From: Paraspadella gotoi
Lineage: Eukaryota; Animalia; Chaetognatha
Length of the DNA stretch: 64,000 bases
Direction of reading: 5' to 3'
Assembly (NCBI GenBank): GCA_051294375.1
Contig: CM119265.1
Coordinates: forward strand, 23,714,669 to 23,778,668
Every line of letters begins with the position of its first letter. Position 1 is the stretch's first letter. The notes below the pieces were generated by a model that was not told where the DNA came from, made no database searches, and saw nothing but the letters and a program-made list of their open reading frames with translations. Below, in pieces: positions 30,041-64,000 of the stretch. Made by a program: the position numbers and the translations under genes.

Positions 30041-30688
30041 CTCTCTCTCACAAACACGCAGTAACAAAAACCTTTCCCTTCTACTTTCACTCTCGCAAAA
30101 AAGTCATTCACTCTTTTCCGCTCACTAGAAAACTTTGACGAGCTTTTTATTTCCACACAAACAACTTCTTTTTCTTTTTTCGTCTGTCTCCTTTTTTTTC
30201 TCTCTTTTTTTTTCTGCTCATAAACGAAACGTTTCTCTCATTTTTTGTCGGTCAATAGTTCTCAACATATATAGGGCGTTTCCATCACCGCCAACCTTTC
30301 CAGGGTTAGAATTTCTCCGGTGATTTAAATATATTAGACTGATTACTGAGTTTAATTAAATTAAAAATATTTTAATCCCTTAAACCGTCATCCCTTCTTT
30401 CTTACCGTCGCAGTATTTTTACGCTCTATTTATGTATAAACTCGAAAATGTTTTTATCCGTTTATTTTTATACCGATTTTTTGTTCGACTAACTCTATGG
30501 TGTGACTTTTCCCTGTGGTTCTTTAACCTCATAATATCAAAATATGAAAAAAACTTTGTGATATCCTTCTCGTTCTTAAATTTGTAAATCTCCAATCGCC
30601 ATTAAGGTTTTTTTTGTTGTGATTGTTTTCTCGATTTCAGCCAAAAATACTCGCCATAAAAAAAAAATTAGTAGAATCGATTAGAAAA

Positions 30689-57573
<26,885 letters not shown>

Positions 57574-57625
57574 AATCGCGCGAAGTTCGTGCGATTTGTG
57601 ATCGAAATTAAAACTTGTTTTTTTC

Positions 57626-57631
57626 AATAAA
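57626..57631 (+). terminator. Candidate polyadenylation signal AATAAA
   Basis: Begins 53 nt downstream of the TGA of exon 22. Confidence 0.45.
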
Positions 57632-58572
57632 GACAAAGGGAGACAAAGTTGCTACAAAATGATGCTACACTGCAATGCTACGAAACCGCGCTGCCGTCCA
57701 ATGTTTATAATTACATTCCGTTAGTTATGACTAAAATGTTGTTACATTTTTTTTTTATCTCATCGTTGGTCTTTTCGAATGTGTTATTGCGTTCAAGGCT
57801 TTGGTTTAATCGTTTGGGCAATAGGAAATACGATATCGTCAACACAACATATTTATTTATAGTAAAATCGTTTTCGCCGAAGACTTCCTCGCAACCATTA
57901 GTCCGTTACTCATTCTATTGTTTTTTTTTGTTTTTTCAGATATAAATAGACAAAAGCAAAACGACGGAGAAAAAAAAAGCAAAACCAAAAAAACAGGAAA
58001 AAAAAAACACAAATGGGTAAAAACAAAAAAAAACGCTTTAACTTCTGTACGAAAATAAACACGCTCGAAAAAAAGAAAGAAAGAAAAGAAAAACGACGAG
58101 ATTAAATCGTTCCTAAAAGACTTTGAAGAGGAGACTGGAGAGAAAGTGAAAAAATTGAGTGGAGAGTTTTAAACACACCTCGCTATAAGAAGAGTTAGGA
58201 CGAAAAAATTTATGATAATATCGAGAGAAATGCTGTATTGAAAAAAGTATAAATTAAATTATTTATTAGGCTTTCAATAACATAAAATAACAGAAAATAA
58301 CATATATTGGTTGTACCAATTTCATAACATAACGTTTAAATTCAAATTAAATTAGTTTGACGAAAGAGTTTGAAAAGAGTTTAATATATATTCTTTTAAA
58401 CTTGGCGGTGATTTGAAACGAGAGAATTGAAGGAGACGACAAGGAATAAGAGGAGGAGGAGGAGGAGGAGGAGGAGGAGGAAGTTGATGACGCAGAGGAG
58501 AAAAGAAGATGACGATAGAGAGGAAGATCCCCCACCGTCACTCCCTCCATTTACTCGTCTCTATCTCCCTCT

Positions 58573-58653
<81 letters not shown>

Positions 58654-58732
58654 GACGAAAATTCGATTTTCCATTTCGCATTTCAACTTAATCGACAAGA
58701 CATCATTTTCATCACCTCCATTTGGTCTCCTG

Positions 58733-58786
<54 letters not shown>

Positions 58787-60253
58787 CTTGGTGCCATCGA
58801 CTTTAACGAGAATTTTATCGAAATTTTTCCGTAATAGGATGAGTTGATACGTGAAGTCAATTCGTTTACGAGGAGAGAGGACGGTACTTAGAGTCGTTCT
58901 ATTCCGATATAACCAGTTAACCACTCATAACCACACATTGGAAAATAGTAACGACGTTTGTTTTATGGGATATAACGAAATGAAAAGTTATATGTTTTGA
59001 ATTAGTTTTGACAGTTTTTAGTTAATCGTTTTTTGCTCAGACAGGTTTAGGCGTTAGATGACCATGAGAAACGCCTTTAAACGATTTCTATCTAAAGTGA
59101 TATTACATTTTACAACAGCAGTAACGAATTAATTATGTGTTTAAGTTGCCTCAAAATTATTGTTTATTTGGCTGACTTTAGTAGACGAAGATTGAGAATT
59201 CAACTTGTTTTAAAATGTTTTATTTACATTAAATGCAGACGACGAGGAATTAAAACAGTCAAGTTTATAAAGTATAAACGAATATAAAAACATTTAAAAC
59301 GAACTCAAAACGTACAACGTCGCACATTTTTCACGAGACAAAATCAAACGCTAAAATAACCCAGATAGCCTCGGCAAACCCCTTTTTCCCTCTTCTTCAA
59401 TTATTCGTCGACGCGACACCCAATCGCGAATTTGGGAAACTTGAACCAAGATGTCGTCGCTCAGCCGTCGGACGTTGAGCCGTCTCCCCCGACGGAGACG
59501 CTTGCCACCGTCAATACATTATAATTTTCCGAGTTAAATATCTTAAAAGTTACAACCGCAAGTAAACTTTTAATGACACTCGCTTATCAACAACTATTTG
59601 TTAATTTTTTTAGGAATCAATCACCAAGAATTTCTTCACAAATCTCAGTCGCTCATACAATTCACGCCTCATGCTTCTACCGCGACAAAGAAAATAGGAG
59701 GCAGAGAGAGAGAAAGAGAGAGACCAGTCAGACTTGTGAACCCATTAACTATTCGATTGCAACTTCTGTGATTTTTTTCTTAAATTCTGAAACAAAGCAT
59801 ATTTATTAAATGAATGGATAATAAATTAATAATTCATATTTATATTCATATCTCCCTCCAGAAATGTCAGAAATGTCAGATCGGTCAAATGCTTTATTAC
59901 TTCATTTAGTTTATTGTTGGTCTCTCGCGCTGCCAAATATTTAAATGATTATTATCTTTAAGTATTATTGTGGGCTGAAGCGTGTTATCTGCAACTTCTT
60001 TAACGCCCTCTAGAAGCCATGGAACCGGTCCTGGGCTTGGGACCAGGCTTGAGGGTTTTCCAGGCCCTCAAGGCGGTTTACAGCCGTTTTCACGCTTCCC
60101 GCAGGTGGTCATGTGCTTTACTCAATGAGCCACCTGGTCACTACTGAAGGTGTCACGCTTATAGGCGGGATGAACTTAAGCAATGCCCGACTACATTATA
60201 ATAATTAATTAATTATACGTTGTGTATTATTTCTCTTTTCGTTGTATTTTTAG

Positions 60254-60371
60254 ATTTAGTGAAAAAACGAAAGTTTTTATTTGCAGAAACAACGATTTTT
60301 TATTAACAAAATAAATTATTAATAAAAAATCGTTGTTTCTGCCAATAAAAACTTTCGTTTTTTCACTAAAT
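60254..60371. repeat. Near-perfect palindrome (53-bp arms, 12-nt loop); MITE/foldback-like
   Basis: Arm 60254-60306 is the reverse complement of 60319-60371 with one mismatch. Confidence 0.85.
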
Positions 60372-61156
60372 AATTATACGTAATTATTCTTATCAATATT
60401 ATTGTTATTATTAGTATTATTATTAAATAAATATCTAGGCAAAAACTCTCTCGCCCATTCTTAAATGTCGGTTCACTCACCTTCACTTACCCATCGCCCT
60501 TGTGCCTCGAGACAGAAAATTTCCCTTCTCCCGGTTTTAGCCTTGAGATCAGTCACGCCCCCAATTCTCTGCTTTCACCGCCGCCTGTCATTTATTATTT
60601 AACCTTCGAGTCTGCATTGTCTTGGAGAACATGCTTACTATGTCAGCGGAGCCTTGCTTACATTGTCTTTTGCACAATGCTTGCTTTTAAGTAAATCACG
60701 TAAATCAAACTATGTCGTGAAATTGACAGAGAATTTTATGACTTGCCCTTTTGTTCGGAACTCCAGTTGAAGACGGCGACCGCCTTCGTATTTCTCAGAA
60801 GTGCAAACTTGAATACTTCTCAGAACTGAGCGACCAGATTCCTTTCCTGCGTATTTCTCAGTATTGTAGCAAATCTTTGTCAAAGAACTTCGTAGATCGT
60901 ATTACTCCATTCATCGTGAAAACTTCACATATTTTTTTCTCGCTCATTTTCTACTCGTGGACTTTGGAATTACAAAGTCACTTCCGTCACTTAACACTTG
61001 TTGATAATAAGGACGATGCCAGTGGCAACGAATTACGATTGAATTGGCAACTGGAACGTCTATTTTTTTTTACACAAAGAGGTGAAAAATATATTTTTGT
61101 AAAATCATTAATGTAATCTAATCTAAACGTTAATACGTTAATAAGTTAAAACGTAC

Positions 61157-61360
61157 TACTTTCGCCGACCGGGGTTAGGGAGGAGTTAGGGTTAAGACTT
61201 AAGGGTGGTTTTAGGGTGGTGTCGGGTAAGGGGTGGTTACTGGTTAGGGTTAAGAGGGTTTAGGGTTAGGGTAACTAGGTAATAATTTTTAAATTTTTTG
61301 TAAAAATAAGTATTTTTAAGTGGTTTTTCAAAGACGCTAAAACCGCGGTCGGCTAAAGTA
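61157..61360. mobile_element. Putative MITE-like element with 15-bp terminal inverted repeats and internal degenerate TTAGGG repeats
   Basis: tactttcgccgaccg (61157-61171) vs cggtcggctaaagta (61346-61360), 14/15 complementary; ttaggg variants at 61175-61272. Confidence 0.55.
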
Positions 61361-61488
61361 AAATTAAAAAAAAAAAAATAGAAAAATAGAAAAAATAAAA
61401 CAAAAATACGATTTATTTTAATAGTTACTTCATACTCACACTCTCAATGATGATAAATATATAATTAAATTAGATGTTTTTCGTGCAG

Positions 61489-64000
61489 GTGCGCCTAAAC
61501 ATAGACGGATGGATACTTTATCAGATGATCTTGGAAATGATTCCGTAATCGAAGATTCGCCAGAGGAAATATTGAATACGGTTTCCCCTGATAAAAATTT
61601 GAACAATGGTGATAACATTAGTTCGAGTTGTGTAACGGTTGAATATGAACAGCATTCAAGAATTGACGAAACCATTCTACATAACTTGATGGATCCCCTA
61701 ACAAATCAAAATGATGATCGAGATAATGATATCGTGATCAAAGATTTGATGGAAGAAATATTAAATACAATTACTAATTCGCTGAATTTAAGAAAAGACT
61801 ATGACAACGGCATGAGTTTTGGAACGGTTCAAGATCAACGCTCTTCGCGAACGGAACGAACGAAACGTTTTAAAAATGTGGATTTAACAGCGGATGATTT
61901 TGAACCTCACTTAAATTTCGTTCCATTAAGTTATGATTTATTTAGTAGTTTACAAAATTCTGAAAACAATATCGATGGCGAATGGCTTTCGGATGATGAA
62001 AAATTAAATCTGCCCCTACATCCAAATGATAAGGTCAAAACATGGTCCACAATCACATCAGGGAATGTTGATGACGATTTGCTCCCAAGCTATGAAATTT
62101 ATGAAGACGACATACTTGCAGATATAAGGAACGCCAATCAGCATAATACTAAAATATCCACAACCCAAGTTAAAAAAATAGAAAAGGATTATTCTTCTCT
62201 AAGCGGAAACTTTCAAGTGAGAAGTATTATTGATGAAAATATTCTTTCTGCTTCTGATGAAATGGAAGAAGGTGAATTGTATTCTGACAGTGAAGGAATA
62301 ACTGAATATGATAATGTTGGCATTTTTAAATGTCAAAAAAGGAAAAAAAGTACAGAAGGTAAAGAAACTATAAAAAAGTCAAGCAATCTAAGAAGATTAC
62401 CAAGAGGTCGTAAAACCATTCAATTGGATTCGGACTTGAGCCAAAACAAAGATAATGAAGAATGCGGCTTAAGGTTTTCAAATTTTCTTGAAAGTAAACC
62501 TTCGGATGAACCCATGGATTTTATCGAAAATGAATCACATGAGAACAAAACGGGTAAATTTAAATTAAAGGATATAAGGAAATTTTCACCTTCTAATAAT
62601 TGGGATGAGGCAATATGTAGCCGTGATTCAAGGCCTAAAAGCAGCAGTAATGAAAACGATAATTTTGAAAAAGATAATATTTTTACAAAAAAATTACTTA
62701 TTTTAAATGAGAAACTTAAACGAAAAGCAAAAGAATCTGAGACTTTGGCACCGAATATTAAAAAAGCTAGGAAAGTGACTCTTTGTAACAATTCGGGTAA
62801 AATGGTAAGTCCCGTAAAGGAGTGCCGTAAAACAAAATCGAAAAATGTCAGATATGAACAAAAAAAATCTCAAGCATTGATGAAAACTCACCATTCCCCA
62901 TTGCAAACACAAAACAAAATAATTCCATACAGCGTTTGGAAGAAAGGAACAGTTGTAGCGAAAGATAATTTTATGGTTACAATAAAACCAAAAAAAGAAT
63001 ATGGTAAAAAAGAAATTCAGACAGAAATAAATAAATATTGCTTAAGCCCTAAAACTGGTGATTCCGTTGATTATCAAACACATAAAGGTATTATAATTGC
63101 TGTGACTGTAACGGAATACAAAACTAGAAGTATTAATGAATACAATCAGTATCTCTTAAATTCTATTGAAGTTTCTGAAAATCCAGAAGAATTTGAAAAC
63201 TACCTTGAAAAAACATTACCTAACAAGCAACTGTGGATCGAGTTATCATCCATGAAATTAAAAATATGTGATCTGGAAGAGTATTTTTCAAATTTGATCA
63301 TTCTTTTTCAAGCAATATTTAAAAATATCGTATGTTCTTTTATTAGTCTTATTACAAGTTTATTTTCAGAAATCCTCATTTGTCAAAATTTTCAAGAAAA
63401 TATACAAATGGTATTTGATAATGTTTTAGAGTTTAAAAGGATGTATAATGGTAAAACTTTACCTTTGTTAATTAAAGATTTTATCTTACTTTTTTTGGCT
63501 AAAATTCCACAGTTTGCTGGGATTCTTGAACCTATTATCGCATCTATTTCAAATAAAGAGCTAACTTCACCCTTTTTCTTTAAAATATTTCAACTAACAG
63601 TGAATGGAAATCATCTTAAGCCATGGTCTCTTAAGAATTTCGAATCTCTTCCTCCTTTTTTGACCACGAAAGAGTTATTAGGCAATTCTATGATTAAAGA
63701 TCATTTGCTCAGACCTGTTCAGTTGGTATACCCTAATATAGAGAGTTATATGGATACTTATTTCCGACTGATGAGGGTAGAAACTTTTGATCTTATGCTT
63801 AATGGACTACATGAACTTCAGCGATATAAACTCCCTAATGATATAAATATATTTTTTTCATCTGAACTAATTGGATATTCCTGGTCTACTAATGATTTGG
63901 AGTTAGAATTTAAAGTTAATTCAAATCATAAAAAATTTAATTGTCGATATGGCAGCCTTGTTGGCCTTTTTTTTAGTAGTTTCAAGGAAGAACCAATTTG
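61489..64000 (+). CDS. ZNFX1-like: ZNFX1-like (NFX1-type zinc finger-containing protein 1, UPF1-like SF1 RNA helicase), N-terminal part; runs off the window
   Basis: Acceptor tttttcgtgcag at 61488, first ATG at 61509, open for about 830 codons to the end. NFESLPPFLTTKEL...LRPVQLVYPNIESYMDTYFRLMRVETFDLMLNGLHEL...YGSLVGLFFSSF resembles the ZNFX1 pre-helicase signature (LRPN..Y....YLDTHFRLLREDF..LREGI; YGSLVC.S.DNF). The helicase motifs lie outside the window. Confidence 0.8.

Noticed and set aside
60100-60136. SECIS element or Helitron 3' end
   Set aside because: It lacks the AUGA/GA quartet with apical AA. The nearby CTAG is not followed by T on the relevant strand.
61175-61272. True telomere or chromosome end
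   Set aside because: Short, degenerate, interstitial and enclosed by inverted repeats.
61436-62912. Minus-strand ORFs at 61436, 62420 and 62703
   Set aside because: They are shadows of the long + strand ZNFX1-like frame.

Overview
Eukaryotic (most likely invertebrate metazoan) genomic scaffold. It is very rich in microsatellites, has GT-AG introns and seven N gaps, and shows no prokaryotic features. Nearly all ORFs in the supplied track are low-complexity noise. Manual splicing recovers one complete 22-exon + strand gene (30689-57573, about 1187 aa) of the alpha2delta/CACHD1 family: signal peptide, dCache_1 with inserted VWA, second dCache_1, short hydrophobic C-terminus. It has an intact MIDAS, the amino-acid-binding motif in both dCache domains, and Cys-rich inserts. 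Its apparent 16.6-kb intron 17 is filled with indel-ridden inverted and direct copies of the same gene around a 25-N gap, best read as long-read gap-filling artefacts; similar artefacts occur at about 7.4-12.4 kb and 20-23 kb. An AT-rich open exon of more than 2.5 kb (61489 to window end, absent from the ORF track because it has no stop) encodes the N-terminal part of a ZNFX1-like helicase with a possible cold-shock/OB module. Also present: a probable terminal TM-encoding exon at 505-617, a DINE-1/Helentron-like small repeat family, a 53-bp-arm palindrome, a TIR-bounded TTAGGG-containing element, a multi-hairpin segment and a phased 12-bp repeat array. I cannot support a claim of a wholly new biological system; the best candidates for novelty are the atypical VWA-dCache receptor and the ZNFX1 variant.
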